A stretch of 64,000 nucleotides of DNA from Felis catus (taxonomy: Eukaryota): positions 78,990,001 through 79,054,000 of the forward strand of contig NC_058368.1 in NCBI RefSeq assembly GCF_018350175.1, written 5' to 3'. The translations under genes and the position numbers were made by a program. This document shows positions 50,082 to 64,000 of the stretch, piece by piece; positions within the stretch are counted from its first letter, which is position 1, and every line of letters starts with the position of its first letter. The notes beneath the pieces are model-generated. The model was not told the DNA's origin and did no database searches. It was given only the letters and a program-made list of their open reading frames with translations.

Positions 50082-53000
50082 GGTGCTCTCTGAAATTAAC
50101 AAACGCAATTGGGTTCAGACACTGATCTCCAAATCATCATTCAAGCCTGCCGCATGCTTTCAAAGCAGATATTTGAAAGGAAGTTTCATTACTATTGAAA
50201 TAGTCAGATCTAGTTGCAGGACCAGACTGCTCATGATCTGCGTCATGATCTGCTAACCAGTCATGACGACAATGACATTCTCCACAGCAGATTCATATGG
50301 TAGTAAGCACCTCAGTTCCATGTCCGAAATAGGCATAAACTTATTGAAATAATAAAACTGGCATCAGCTACTGATCTCCGTAAAATGTTTCAGCCATTCT
50401 CAAGGAAAAGAATTGCCTTCTGTTTCATAGGGAGAGAAAACGCTGGAATAACAAACATTTCCAACAAATGACCTGCCTTGGTTTCGTGTCCCTACTCGGA
50501 AGCTAGGTGGTCAGACTGACCCTGGCGAATATTCGGTGAAGAAGCAAATTGCTTTAGAAATGGGATAATTTTACTTAAACCACATAGCTTGAAGAGGTCT
50601 CTCATTTAAAGGCTTGAACAACCAATGAACATCTGTTCTTTTCAGTTTAACTACACAAGCTGTTCTTGTACCTGATAAATACAAGCTCTGACTGAGCCAG
50701 TAAATTCTGCAAAGCCCAGAGGGGGAAAGACGCCAGCACATCAGTTTCAGTGTAGGCACTGGGGGCGCTCAGCCTCCTGGGCGTGTGTCACGAGAGCAGA
50801 AGCCGCAGGATCAGGTGGTTTGCCTGTGACCATTTATTTCAGCCCCTTTGCAACCTCAGTCCACCAGAAGGGCGCAGTCTTCAGGGTCCCCTGTGGTAGA
50901 TGGCTCTGGAGTGCTGTGCGTGCCCGGATGGGGCTTGTGTGCAGGAAAATCCCAAGGGCTGTATCTGAAGCGAGTACCAACCTGGCTAAGGTAAATGTCA
51001 CCGGCTGCGACGGCTGCGGGGGGAAAAGGAGCGTGGTGTATGTTTCACACCGGGCCACTTCTAATGTGGTGTTTCCCTTTCATCCGTTTATTGAACACAC
51101 AGAACGTTGTTACATCGCACAATTAAAATGAAACAGTGAGACTGGCTTGAAGTAAGAGAACTTGAGAGTATTGTCATGGAAATTCTTAGCAGATGCTCTG
51201 AATTCATTTTTTTTTTTTATCTGCCTAGCAGCACTGGCGAATCCCAGGAGCTGAGGTCGAGTTTAGCATTCTTTTTTATTACTCACCTCCATATTGTCTG
51301 GAGGGGAGAGCCCCCTGGCTTGATTACAGGGCATAAATGAGTGCCCTGGGATAAGGCCACGTCTCTGGGAGGGCAGTCTGCTTTGGCACGGGATGCTTTC
51401 CAGGACGAGGTGACAGTAGAAGTGGATGGGTCTTGCCGTGGTCATTCACAGTTACCACCTTTGCCCCGCCGGCCAGCAATGCATCACACTAGTTCACACA
51501 GCAGCAGGTGTAGCAAAAACAAAAAAAAAACAAAAACACCTTTGGTAGAACTCATAGCCTGAGAGCTGCAGTCAGCTTGGGAACCTGGGGGTGAAGGGGG
51601 GGGGGCTCCATGGAAGCCTCTGGGCTGGTCCAGTAAACACTCAGGAATCCAGGACTCCCTCCCTCCTCCATGCTGCCCCCTCCCTCTTCCCAGGGTCTCT
51701 ACCAGCAGTGGTGTAGAAGCCAGACGTTGCGTGTGAATTTGCGGTGCTGTGTTTTAGGATTGTGACAGATAAGTGCCTCATCGTCATGGATGTGATGACA
51801 TGAAAATAATAACATAATCGTGTTGTTAAAATAATAGTAACGGAAGCAACAGCCACCTGCGCAGTGAGTCGGGAGAGAGAGAACAACGTCTTGGAATTGA
51901 AGGGACTATAGCCTAAAGTCTTGCTTTTCCACCTTGTGTCATATTAAAACTCCTCATTTATACATTATCCTGTACGATGGTCACCTTTGACCTTTCAAGC
52001 TCAGAAACAAAAGGGGCATGTGTTTGCTTTTATCTCGTCTCCCACAGAAACTTCGTGGAAGCCAGATTAGCCCTTAGCTCTGCTATAAACGAACTCTGAA
52101 GGTGTCCCGCAGCCTCTTTAAATGTCACCCTGGGGTTGTTGTGAGAATTCAGTGTTGGCGTGCGGTAACCTGTCATCACACCGGGAATTTATAGGCACTT
52201 TGTTAATCTCCCTGCCTCCCTCCCTCCGTCTCTCCCTCCCTCCCCGCTGCTCCATCTCCAATCCTGGAGAACCAGGCATGGGAGGGAGGGATGCCCCTAA
52301 TCCTGCCAGCCAGAGCCGGGGTGGGTGTGGGGTGACGTCTGGGGGCAGCTCCTCCCATAGCCTCCCCACTCTTCCCAAGGACTTCATTCCTGGGGACTCT
52401 TGAGCCTGGAGGCACATGGGGATGTGAAATGCCACCATGCCTTTGAATGGTGTGCCCATGTGTCTAAAGGTGACAGTGGCCTCTTCACCATAATTTGGAA
52501 AGAAAAGGGAAGTCAGTCTTGACCAGTGGCATCAACAGGAGGCCCGGGATTGTCGTAGTGTCTTTTTCTCTTCATCAAGTCATATGCAGATCATGATGCG
52601 CACTGATAAGCCCAGAGTGGACCCCAGTAGATGTAAAAATAAGCTCAAGCCCAAATGCCCGGCCTGCACAATCCAAGAGACCCAAAAGCTGTTGCCAAGC
52701 ACAACTACTGCCCCCTTCCTGTCCTTCTGGTAAATATACAGGAAGAGCCGTGGGTACTGCCGGGTGGAGATAGGTGACGGACGCACTGGGGCGCAGATCA
52801 GGCAGAGGGCACAGCAAGTGCAGAGAAATGTGGGAGGACCGGAAGCGGTGTGTAAGCCTTGACGCAAAGGCCCCGTGAGGAGCTGGGAGAAGACAGAGTG
52901 ACGGGCAGGTGCACGTGATAAAGGATCCGTTGGGGCTGCTGAGCAGGGCCCTTGCTGTACAGTCATGTGAGCACAGGACAGACAGTTCAGGACGGACAGT

Positions 53001-56000
53001 GCAGGGGGTTGGGCAGAGCCTGGACAAGCCTGTGATGGGAGATAGGGCTATTAGACCCCAAGTCATGGGAAGGTGAGACAGAATGTGCACGCTTAGAGAG
53101 CACCATACGTTTTTGTGTGAACGATGATTTTTAACAACTTTATCTATTTGCTTTCATGTGTTTTAGAGAGAGAGAGAAAAAAAAAAGTGCTCCTCTTTGG
53201 TTGAAAAGCACCTCTGCAAACCCAGTCCCGGTCTGTCTCATTTTGCTCTCTGGTCTGCTCCCCCCACGCTGAGATAGATTTTATTTCTCCCCCAAGCCCG
53301 TTGCTAGGCAGCTGTTACACTCAACCCACCACTCAGCATTCTGAATGCTGGAAATTAGCCCCAAATAGCTAGAAAATCACCCCTCCGCACCTGCACTGTG
53401 TTTGCTGTGAGAGCATGCATATGTAGAACAAAATGAACGGTCCCAGCAAGTGCGGGGAACAAGCAAAATGCATCCCTACGTAGCCACAGACAGAGCCACG
53501 CATCTGGAGCACCTGCTAGGTGGAGTGCACTGTGGGGAAACATCACAAGAGTGGTTCTAGAAGAAACCGCAACCTCGTCCCATCAGAGCTAAAAATGAAT
53601 GACCAAAATGATCTGGAGCAAAACAGCCGGACCCCAAAATAAGCATGAATAGGATGCAGGCTTTGTATATTTCTGTAAATGTTGCCTACGAGCTCTGTTG
53701 TTCTTCCTTGCCCCCTGAGAAACAAAACGCCCAAGAAACTTCGCTTGGTTCTATTTCACCCTCAAGTTACTGACCTTTTCTTCTATTTTCGCTGCGAACC
53801 AGCACTTGTGTCCCCCCCGCCATCTGCTCATGTCTGGTACCGTCTCAGTCTTCTTCCGTGTCTCTGGCAGGGCCCCGGATTCCCCGGTCACCCACCCACA
53901 CGCTTTCTCAGTGTTGACATGCTTTAACATTTACACTCTGACCGCAGTTCCAACTCTGCCTTCCCTGGGCTCCTCTGAAATTACTCGGCCCCAGCCTTGC
54001 TTCCTGCCCCTCCCCTCCCTCCTCTGCCCTTGCCAGCTGCCTCTTTCTACCAACCTCCACTCCAGGGCTCCCAAAACACCCCGTTCCTCTCTCTGTGGAT
54101 TATCCAGCCCATTCTTGAGGGATGAGGTTAATGGTGCTCCCCAAACGTTATTTTGTTGTTCCTGATTAAGTTAGTAAAATATGTCCATTAGTAGAAAATT
54201 TCATGAGGTCTTGAAATAAGAAAACCACATCTTTTCTGATATATAATTTTGGCCCCAAACATCGTGCTTTATATTGGAGCATAGGCAGTAATATGAGAAC
54301 ATTGCTTTGCCCGTCTTGTTAACCTATGCATTTCTTGGCAGAGCATCTTGTTCATAATAGGTGCTCAATAAGTATTTGTTGAATAGAATTAAATATTTGG
54401 GGACTGAAACTTTCACAACAGAATTGTGTTTGGCAATGACGAGATGAAGTCGATATAAAGCAGATAATCAGTTTCAGAGAAATTGCACCTGAGGTGTTTG
54501 TTTGTTTGTTTGTTTGTTAAGCATTAGCTTTGATACACATACTTTGTATTTTTCTGAGGAAACAGTTCTAGGATTTCATGGTACCTTTCCTAAAGTAGTC
54601 AATTGAGAGTCACTACTTGGTTTAACCTGACCTCTGTGATCAGCTCTCTTTTGTCACCAGGTTCACAAGACATAGGATGTGAAAGTTCTCCTTAAATGGG
54701 GAAGGAACAATCACTTTGGAAAAGACAAGTAGATACCTCATTCCTGAGAGTTTGCTGTATGCCTCTAATTATTGGCTCTTGTCTGCCTCTCTGACTTCAG
54801 GGTATCCCTCTTAGAATACAGAGACCCCCCAGTGAATACAACCTACTAGGTGGTTCTTCCACCGACGATTTTGGCAAGCATCGTGACGCCTGGTATTATT
54901 TCGGTGTCACCCTGTGTCTGATGGTGCGAGTGTGTTGGGAGCCTCTTGTACTCGAATCCTTGAAGTAGAGAAAGTACTCAATGAATAGTGTGCAAGTTGG
55001 AGAATTGTTCGGTCACTGTGATAGAACTTGCCGTGAAACCCCACACTTGAATATTGACCATTCAAGCTATGGGCTGACTAGAAGAAGGGACATCGAAGGT
55101 CAGCAGTCATGTTCCTGAGGCAAACGGGGCATTGAACACAGTTTTCGGCTGCAGGCGCACGGGCACAGGAGCACTCAGCACTGTGACGAACGTCGACTAG
55201 ATGGTCAGCACCGTCCCCACCAGTCAGGCAGAGGGTCGGGACACATGAAACTGACAACAGCTGAACAACTGGCAGCCGGGAGGCAGTGGGCGTGTTTCGG
55301 GGTGTTGACTGAGGTTTGGTCCCCCCATCCTTCGTTCCAGAAGAATGCTTCTTGTGCCCCCCCTCGGGTGTGCTGACCAGCTCCTTCCTGTTTGTGCTAT
55401 GTCAGGCAGACAGCTACTCTTGTCCGCCTGCTCCCCCGCTGTGGATGTCAGTTTCCTCCCCGAGTCTGGGTGGTCCGCTCCTCCCTTTGCACCCACGTCC
55501 ATCCATCAGGAACCCCTCCCACATCCCCCCACCCTAGACAGGGCTCACCCACTTCCTCCCACGTATGCTGCTTCCCTCCCGGGCTGTGAGAAGAGTCTCT
55601 AATTAGTCTCCCTGGCTCCCCCCCCCCAGGCCAGCAGCTTCAGTGACTCTTCTGGGGTCAAATGGCAGGACCCATGTGCCCAAACTGCAGCTCCCCAGGG
55701 CTCTCAGAGTCCAATCCAGAGTCCCCTACATGGTCGCATCCTCACCTTTGTGAGCCTGTCTCCTGCACCTTTCCTCTATATGCTCTGCCCCAGCCACGTT
55801 CGCTGCCCTGGTGTTCCTTGAACAGACACATGCATGACCCCGTTCGGGGCATCTGGATTTGCTGCTCCGTCCCTTAACTTGGATTCCTCTTCCCCAGAGA
55901 GCTCCCCAGCTCACCGTCAGGTACTTGCTCTCCGCGAAACCTTTTCTGCCCCATTTTTCTCCATCTCTCTCATCATATCGGCCATCCTTCCTCATGTATG

Positions 56001-57117
56001 TTTCTGTTCTCTCTTTCTCAGGGAATGTTGAGAATTTTCATCTGATTTGCTCCCTGCTGCGTTCCATGTCCAAATTTTGTATTCAGTCAATATTGCTGTT
56101 AGTATTGGTTGATTGACTGAATGAGCCCGAATGAATGAGCCCTGGGGCTTGGACTCTGGACTAGAATTAGATCCCTGTCATTCACCTCAATCTGAACCAG
56201 GAAGGACGAGACAAGAGTGGGTCGTTTAGGAGACTGGACATTGGCCTTTTAGAGCCAACTGATTACCTCGGACCCAGGAAAGGTGCCAGCCTGAATACAG
56301 AGATCTTCAATGGGTCGAGGTGACCTTGCCTGGGACCACAGAGGCAGAGGAGGGTTTAGGGAATGGAAGTCCCAGCTCCATCACACCTGTGCTCAGGACT
56401 CATGCTCTGTCCCCAGGCTCATTATTACCACTTGGTCTCAGGTTGAAGTTTCTGTGAGATAGACCAGTGACACCACCTATGGATGACGCTCAACATTCCA
56501 AAAGACAAGATGTTTTTAATTACACTAAAATAGAGTACCTCGCCGTGTCTGAGATGACATCTTTGTCTTTTCAGTCGAAATGTCAGAATTATACCATTTT
56601 AGGTGTCAAAAGAACAATAGAAAAGGAGGGGAGAAAAAGCACCCAGTGTAAGATCTTTGTTCTGACTTGTTAATACTGTATTCAGATACTTGAATTATGT
56701 CAATTCAGTTCTCAGCGATAATTAGCAGAGCTCCAGAATGAGACAATTGTAAGGGAATAAAAAGATAATTTGAGTGATTTCATTTCATTGTGTGACTCCG
56801 GCTAAATGGTAGGGACGTGCCGGCTTTCCTGAGTGCTTGAATGGGTCTGTATTTCATTATGAGCTCGAGTTTACCATCAAAGAGGCCCAGTCACCCAAAG
56901 GTCAGAGGAACGTGAGTTGTCGTCTCTGGGTGTGCAGTGTGTTGCTGCTATGCCGGGGTCCATCTTTTCTGTTTCTCGTGCTCCAAGTTTCCACCCTAGA
57001 GCCCTCTGGGGCTGGGGCTTGTAAGTTCCTGCCAAAAGTGTGGCAGTGGCAGCAGAGGGACTGCTCTGGAGTCGTGCTGCCCTGGGTTCAGATCCCCGCT
57101 CAGCCATGGTTACCACC

Positions 57118-57780
57118 TCTGTCAGTGTCCTGGGGCTGTCGTGACTAAGTTCCACAAACCGGGTGGCTTAAAGCAGCAGAAATCCATTCTCTCGCAGTTC
57201 CTGAGGCCAGGAAGTCCCACATTAAGGTGTCAGCAGGGCAATGCCCTTCTGAGACTTTGAGCGGAATCCTTCCTGGCCTCTTTCCAGCTGCCGGTACGGT
57301 CGGCAACCCTTGGCGCTCGTGGCTTGTAGCCACATCCCCTCAACCTACGCCCCCTCGTCACACGGCCTTCTCCTTGCCTATCCCTGTCTTCACGTGGCAT
57401 CCTCCTCTCTTTATCAGGACACCCGCCATATTGGATCCTGGCCCACCTTAACGACCTCATCCTAACTGTGTGACATCTGCAAAGACTCTATTTTCTTTTT
57501 ATTTTTTTTTTAATTTTTAATGTTTATTTTTGAGAGAGAGAGAGAGAGAGTGAACCAGGGAGGAACAGAGAGAGAGAGGGAGACACAGAACCTGAAGCAG
57601 GCTCCAGGCTCTGAGCTGTCAGCACAGAGCCTGATGCAGGGCTTAAACTCATGAACTGTGAGATGGTGACCTGAGCCAAAGTCTGACGCTTAACCAACTG
57701 AGCCACCCAGGCGCCCCACAAAGACTCTATTTTCAAATAAAGTCACATCACTTTTTGGGGGGATGCAGTTCAACTCATAA
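57118..57780 (-). mobile_element. MLT1-type solo LTR interrupted by a SINE
   Basis: ccacaaaccgggtggcttaaagcagcaga...tctcgcagttcctgaggccag...aaggtgtcagcaggg...catctgcaaagactctatttt|caaataaagtcaca. Confidence 0.82.
57495..57717 (-). mobile_element. CAN-SINE nested in MLT1
   Basis: Reverse-strand SINE; TSD caaagactctattttc. Confidence 0.93.
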
Positions 57781-58094
57781 GATCATCTGTGTGAACCCAG
57801 GGGAGTGACTGGATTTCTGTGATCGTGGGCTTTCTCAGTGTCAAAAGATGACCTCCTGCCTCTGTGGGGAGTAAGAGAGGCAACATACTAAAAGCCCCCT
57901 GCTCTCTTTCCATGCAGGAGAAATGTCCCTTGCCACCCCCCATCCCCCAGCCCATGTTCTTGACCCCTCATCATTATTTGTGCTTGGTGCATACAAAGGC
58001 AATGTAACAGACACTAGGGAATGCACAAAGATGGCCCATCCCCTGGGGAAGCTCACACACTTTGAGGACACAACACACAGGGATTAGACTGAAG

Positions 58095-58325
58095 CTTTTT
58101 ATTTATTTGTTTATTTTAAGGTTTTTTACTGTTTATTTTAGAGAGAGAGAGAGACAGAGCATGAGCAGGGGAGGGGCAGAGAGAGGGGGAGACACAGAAT
58201 CCAAAGCAGGCTCCAGGCTCTGAGCTGTCAGCACAGAGCCCGACGTGGGGCTTGAACCACGAACCGTGAGACCATGACCTGAGCTGAAGCCGGACGCTTC
58301 CCTGACTGAGCCACCCGGGCGCCCC
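58095..58325 (-). mobile_element. CAN-SINE (Fc2-like)
   Basis: Reverse-strand SINE; TSD tagactga. Confidence 0.92.
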
Positions 58326-60324
58326 TAGACTGATACTTTAAATGCAGTATAGAATTTCTGCCGCGTCCTGAAAATACACGCGGGCAGACCCAAGAGGGGG
58401 GATTACCGGTGAGATGGCTGCCCAAGGGTCTCCTAGCAACTCCCTGCAGAGTTAGAACCCGAGGCTGTGTTTAGTCCCCCCTCCAGTTTGTCTCCTGTTC
58501 AGACACATCGTGTGGGTCATCATCTGTCTCTTTTGACCAGTTCAGACTTGGTGCGACGTAACCCGTGTTTGCTCACTGCTGTGCAGACGACATACCCCAG
58601 CACGTGGGGAGATGGCCATCCCTTTTAGAGGGTCTCCCCCGCTACCTGCCTCACACTTGACTGCCAATCCCGGCCCTCCCCACACATACCTCATTTTACC
58701 CATTTTCTCTGTTCTATTCTACCCTGGAGGTACCTTGTCTCTTCTGCAGCAACCACACTATGACCAGTAAAAGAAAAACAAAACAAAACAGAAATGGTCG
58801 ACTTCTTCCACAGACCATTTCAGTGCATTCAGTGGGATCAAAATGATGTGCGAGATTTTCCATATCCTTGCCTCTGGCACTACGATTTTTACGTTCCGTC
58901 TCTGTTACCCGCTATTATTACACCCTCCTGCACCGTGAGTTTGATGCACGAGCAAAAATCTGTATTACGGGAAGGAAGGGTTGTTGCTGATATTGATGTA
59001 TTTATTTTGTCTGACGCATGGCTACCACCCAGGGCAACCAGTATAACTCCGTTTTCAGTGACAGTGCTAAGGATGTAAGAAAGGAAACAAATGTCTGCTA
59101 CCAAAAAATCCAAACTAGGTATGGTTTCTCAGTGTGCGCTCCACACGAGCGAGCCCCGCCGTGACTGCAGCATTGCCCCCGTTGATGCGGGGAACCTCCC
59201 TGCTCTGCAGCACCTGCAGACGGAAAGACGTGTGGGCCCCTCTGGTGTGGTGTCGGGGGTGGGGGGTGTGTGGGGGGCACGCCTCTCAGAGCTTGCTCGA
59301 GGGAGCCCGGTGGATAAAGACCCGGAGGCCAGGCACTTCCTTCCTCCGTTGCTCTAAGGAAACAAAGAACTCATTTTAGAAGTTGCCAGATTTGCTGCAA
59401 CCAACTTTGATGGAAAGCTAAGATATTTTGCAGGAAATAACAGGGAACTTCCGTGATTTACCTCTTGGCGTTAAGTTCCCAGAGCAGCTCGACACGGGAA
59501 TCGTAAACCCACGCAACTAGATGCAGTTACGCAAATCCTTGCCTATTTCTTCCTCCTCTTCCTCCCCCTCCTTCTTCCCTTAATACAGTTTTACTTACAC
59601 ATCAGGTTAGATACCCTGCATGCAACGGAAATTTCATATAGATTTTTTAAGTGGCTTATGTAATTTTGAAAGGCATTTTTAAAAAAATCCATAGAAAAGC
59701 ATTATGTTGCCATGGATTTCGGCTAGGGAATGACAGCCAGTGATTCAGAGGAAGCTGCAAATAAATAAATAAGTAAATAAGTAAATAAATAAATAAATAT
59801 CCTTCTAGAAGATGGAAAGTGCTCGATATGTAGTAAGTGGGGAAAGAGCTTCTCTACCTCTCGCTGAGATAAAACTTCTGGAGGTTTTGCTATTCCTTTC
59901 TTACGGATTCCAACTACATCTAGATTCGCTTTCAAATGGGGATAAAGAATTCTGAGATTTCTTAAAAGGTGTGTTTTTAAGAGCATTCTAACTATTTCAG
60001 TGAAAACCATTCATTTCCTCTCTCTCCAATTTTCTCTCGTTAAGTGGTTTTCATCCACCCTTGATCATAGTGTTGAGCACACATTAAAGGATTGAAATAC
60101 ATATTTGGCTCCTTTTAAAACTCATTCTCCACGCAACAGATGAGGGTTATTTCACGGTTGTACAGTGTTACGTGCACGGCGGATGGAGATTTGGGGACTC
60201 GTAGGGTAAAGTAAGAACCGGAGAGAATTTAAGAAACAGTGTGACAAAGACAATCCTGTTGAACAGAAGCACTTGCTTGACGAACTCAGTCATGGCTCTC
60301 AGTGTTCCCGTTGCTTTTTCACAG

Positions 60325-60427
60325 GTACAAGCCATTGGCCGACACGCTCCCGGTCGAGAAGAAACAGCTGTCTGCCGCGGAGAAATGTCGCCTTGTTCTC
60401 CAACAGTGTAAATTGCAAGGCTGGCAG
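60325..60427 (+). CDS. MYO16: MYO16 coding exon (103 nt, phase 2 to 0), converter: (R)[34 protein letters not shown]
   Basis: Acceptor ttgctttttcacAG, donor CAG|gttagt. Completes the FLSRY motif across a 36,794-nt intron (23531-60324). Confidence 0.93.
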
Positions 60428-61339
60428 GTTAGTGACCAGCAAGCTACTAACGTCGCAGTTCAGGACTTTTAAATAAGTGAGCTGAGTCATTGTGGGAGCC
60501 ACCGGTCTCAGTGGCATGAACTCTGATGTGTTTGGCAAGAGGGGACACTAAGCGTCTTCCCTGGAAACACATCACTCTTTCTGATTTACTGGTGTCAGCA
60601 GCATGGCAACAAACAGGGGGGGAGCCAGCGGGCTCCTCTTGGGGGGGCGGTGCGTGGCGTGGGGTTCCTGAAGCCTCCTTGTTTGCTTATGTCTCGGGGT
60701 GCAGCCTTGTCATTCAGGCTTCCTGAAGGATCAGAAAGAGAGCAGAAGTCAGAGAAGGCAGTTTGAGGACCTTGATTTCTCGGCTTCTGGTGGGTAGGTC
60801 ATCCGCATTCTGGAGACCCACTTCCTGGCCCCTCTGGGGTCGTCCAGTGTCTGTTTACTGCTTCTCTTCCCTGCTTCTCAACTGCCACACACTGACAACG
60901 TCACTGTCCCTTCAACCTCGCTTCTTGGCAGAAGCTTCATACATAACTGGAAACGTTTAATTCTTTTCTGTGACCCTCTGAGTTGGCGGAGTCCCAGGGC
61001 ACGGTGGGGACCCAGCCCCTCCTTCCAGAAGGGGGGAACATTAGGGAGACAGAATAGCCTGGGAGGGGCTCCCCAGAAGCAGTGGGGCACGCTGTAAGGT
61101 ATTAAACATCAGAATGCGATCCGTGACGAGTGTTGAGAACAGGAGGTTTGAAACTTCAAAGAATTGAGAAGGTTGTTGTGATGCAGGAGTAGGAAACAGA
61201 ATAGAGCCCAAGACACCAGGAGTTCCTGGATGTTTCTAGCTATAAAACAACCAAAGGTTTGCATGGGCGGCAAAGATCATGGCAGCTAGCGGCTTTGGCA
61301 AAACCCAACAATTACCAAAAAGCAGGCACAAGTCTCGTT

Positions 61340-61568
61340 TTTTTAAATGTGATTTTTTTTTTTTTACATTTATTTATTTTTAAGAGACAGAGCGAGATAG
61401 AGTACAAGCAGGGGAGGGGCAGAGAGAGAAGGAGACACAGAATCCGAAACAGGCTCCAGACTCCGAGCAAGTGTTCAGCACAGAACCCGACGTGGGGCTC
61501 GAACCCACGAACCGCGAGATCATGACCTGAGCCGAAGTCGGTCACGTAACTGAGCCCCCCAGGCGCCC
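61340..61568 (-). mobile_element. CAN-SINE (Fc2-like)
   Basis: Reverse-strand SINE ending tgagccccccaggcgccc. Confidence 0.9.
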
Positions 61569-61597
61569 GGACATAAATCTCATTTTTAAATAGTAGT

Positions 61598-61806
61598 GGG
61601 TCTGGGGGGCTCAGTTGCTTAAGATTCCAGCTCTTGGTTTCAGCTCAGGACATGATCTCATGGTTCGTGAATTCGAGCCCCGCACAGGGCTGTGCGCTGA
61701 GTGTGCGGAGCCTGCTTGGGATTCTCTCTCCCTCTCTCTGTCCCTCCCCTGCTCATGCTCACTCTCTCTCTCCTCAAAGTAAATAAATGAACTTAAAAAA
61801 AAAAAA
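61598..61806 (+). mobile_element. CAN-SINE (older subfamily), head-to-head with the preceding SINE
   Basis: SINE body and A tail; TSD around agtagtgg. Confidence 0.88.
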
Positions 61807-64000
61807 GTAGTGGAGCATTTCCAAGAGGCATCGTCAGATCATGGACCAGGACAAAGAGGAGGACCTTCCTTCAGATGGTTCAGAATTGCTAGATGTGTCT
61901 GGAAGCGCCCACTCTCCGGGACACAGGAGGAGCCCTGCTGGGCTGACGGAGGCGCACGCGTCACCCGTGGCAAAGGACAAGGAGCCTAGAATTTGAGCAT
62001 TCGTGAGTGATGACTTAACTGTACCACCCGGTCTCTTCCTTTATCATCGTTCTTTCCCTTTTCTTTGTCTTAAACTAATAATGGAGATGAACCTTAAATA
62101 GAGTCTGAAGGAGGCAGCACACACAGTCTGTATAGTCATGGACACACATCCGTGCCAGGAGACCGGATTAGAAAGGGAGCAAGGAGGAATCACTAACACA
62201 GGGGGTGTCTGCTCACCACTGTGGCACTGATCAGAGGCACATCGACAGGAGATGTGGGTGCCCATACGGAATTGTCCGACAGACTCACGGGTAACGGAGG
62301 TCATTTCCGCTGAATCATTGCCGGCATCTTTAAGCTTAAGTACTTGGGTAGTAGCGGTTCAGGAATATGTCACTGAGATTTTCTGTATTTTTTTTCCCTT
62401 CACAAACACTCGCAGATAAGTATAACGTGTTTTATTGGTGGTGAAAAGAAGCTGGGAGTCGTAGAGAACAGGTGAGGGAATCCAAAACAGTTATTTTACC
62501 AGCAGATGGTAACCACAGCGGGTGACGAGCGCCGGTCCTCTGATACGCATGCGGAGAGAGCCTGGGGTGACGCGTGGCGGTGCCCGGGAGGCAGGTGGCT
62601 CACCTGGTGGCTCACCTGCAGCCACTGTTCCTCCTGCACTCGTGCGTGTGCCGGGACACTTGACATTGCAGCAGGGAGGCTCTTAAATCGGAGCACGCGT
62701 TGGGACTTTGGAAGAAGCGCATCCGAAGCCAAAATGGGAACGGGTTCCCATCGCATCACACCGGTCTATTTTCCTCACTCTTTAACTCCCCAAAGGAGGC
62801 TAAAAATACAGGACGAAAAAATAAATGAATTCATTTATTCGCTGCATGCTTGCTTGTGTGTTCCATATTGAATCGTCGGGAAAGACCGCTTTCTTCAGCT
62901 TCTCCAAGATGTAACTTTTCGTATACTTTATACCAGAAGACCAATCTTTAACTCCCTAGCAATAAAGCACGTTCATACTTCCCTTTCGTGCTAGTCAGAG
63001 AGCAAAAGGGTTTTTCAACCATCGTTTATTCCTGACCTGGAAAGCCAGACTCCTCAGTTTCAGAAGCAAAACATTGGTTTGAAATGTGTTGGTAGTTGCA
63101 GGAAGGGTTGGCCTGTCTCTCTTTCGGGTGGTTAATCTGGACAAATCGAATGAGGAGCTGTTGAAACAACAGTAAGTTCCTAATGGATGGCTGTTGTTTC
63201 TGTGGCATGGTTCCCAAATCGCTAAGAGTCACAGCGTATGTTTCTATTAAGAAGTCAGTGTTCATCATTTGGCTGTGAACGGTTACCAGGAATTAATTGC
63301 CGTTCTTTTCCATAGTTTTAAAAGCAACGCTAGCAGACAACAGAGATCAGAGCCATCTTTTGCTGCGTGAAACTGCATAGAATATTCGCCAGAAATTCAA
63401 TTCTCTTAACTAAAAATACGATGATCCCCTTATTGTCGCTCTGATTTGTCTTGGAGACATTGTGAGATTGTTTCAGTCCTTTACATTAACCAGACTCGTG
63501 CAGAAAAGTCTCAGAGGCATCAGTAGGGGCTTCTAGCTCCATTTTCTCCCATTGAACATTGGCTCCCACCCCTGGAACCGCCTCCGTGGCGGTGGTGAAC
63601 CCCAGCACCTCCTTCTGTTTCTGGTGCGGTGGACACATCTTCCTTTCGGAGCTGCTGGGTTTGTTCACCGATCCCACGCATGTTTATTCCCTATGTAGTT
63701 TGGGGTCTGGGGTCAGTGCGTGAGGCATGGGAATTTTTAATGTTTCACTCACAATGATTCCTCCCATCCGCAGAATGTGCTACAACTATTCAGAGCTTTG
63801 ACTCCATTTGATCTAAACCCAATAACAACTCCGAAGAACAACTGTACGCAAAAAAGGAAAGTCAGCAGGGCGAACGGTAATGGCCTCATGTGGGACACGA
63901 GGAAATAGAGTCTTGAGGGTCAACATACTCATCAAGGCATTCGGTGCAGTTCGTGCTTAGTTTCAGTGGCAAGGCTGCTTTGCCGAGCCCGGCATCTAAG

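Overview
Mammalian (felid, cat-like) genomic DNA, not prokaryotic. More than 25 tRNA-derived CAN-SINEs, including the felid-specific SINEC_Fc types, identify the lineage. The whole window lies inside one + strand gene, MYO16 (unconventional myosin XVI). I read five coding exons by hand: 15243-15318, 20394-20569, 23005-23085, 23325-23530 and 60325-60427. All have AG/GT boundaries and splice in frame through the distal motor domain (loop 2, actin-binding strand, SH helices, converter). The rest is intron containing SINEs, L1/L2 remnants, MLT1 LTRs, Tigger1/MER DNA transposons, microsatellites and a 53-bp minisatellite. Nearly all ORFs in the supplied track are spurious. The best leads are: (1) a cryptic phase-1-to-phase-0 exon at 16483-16854, split by a SINE, which could replace the loop-2 exon; (2) an inverted SINE pair tightly bracketing three exons, a circRNA-type layout; (3) a higher-order 53-bp minisatellite with a stop-poor antisense strand; (4) a heat-shock element overlapping a perfect 14-bp palindrome. 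Repeat family names and human MYO16 comparisons are from recall, and repeat boundaries are approximate.
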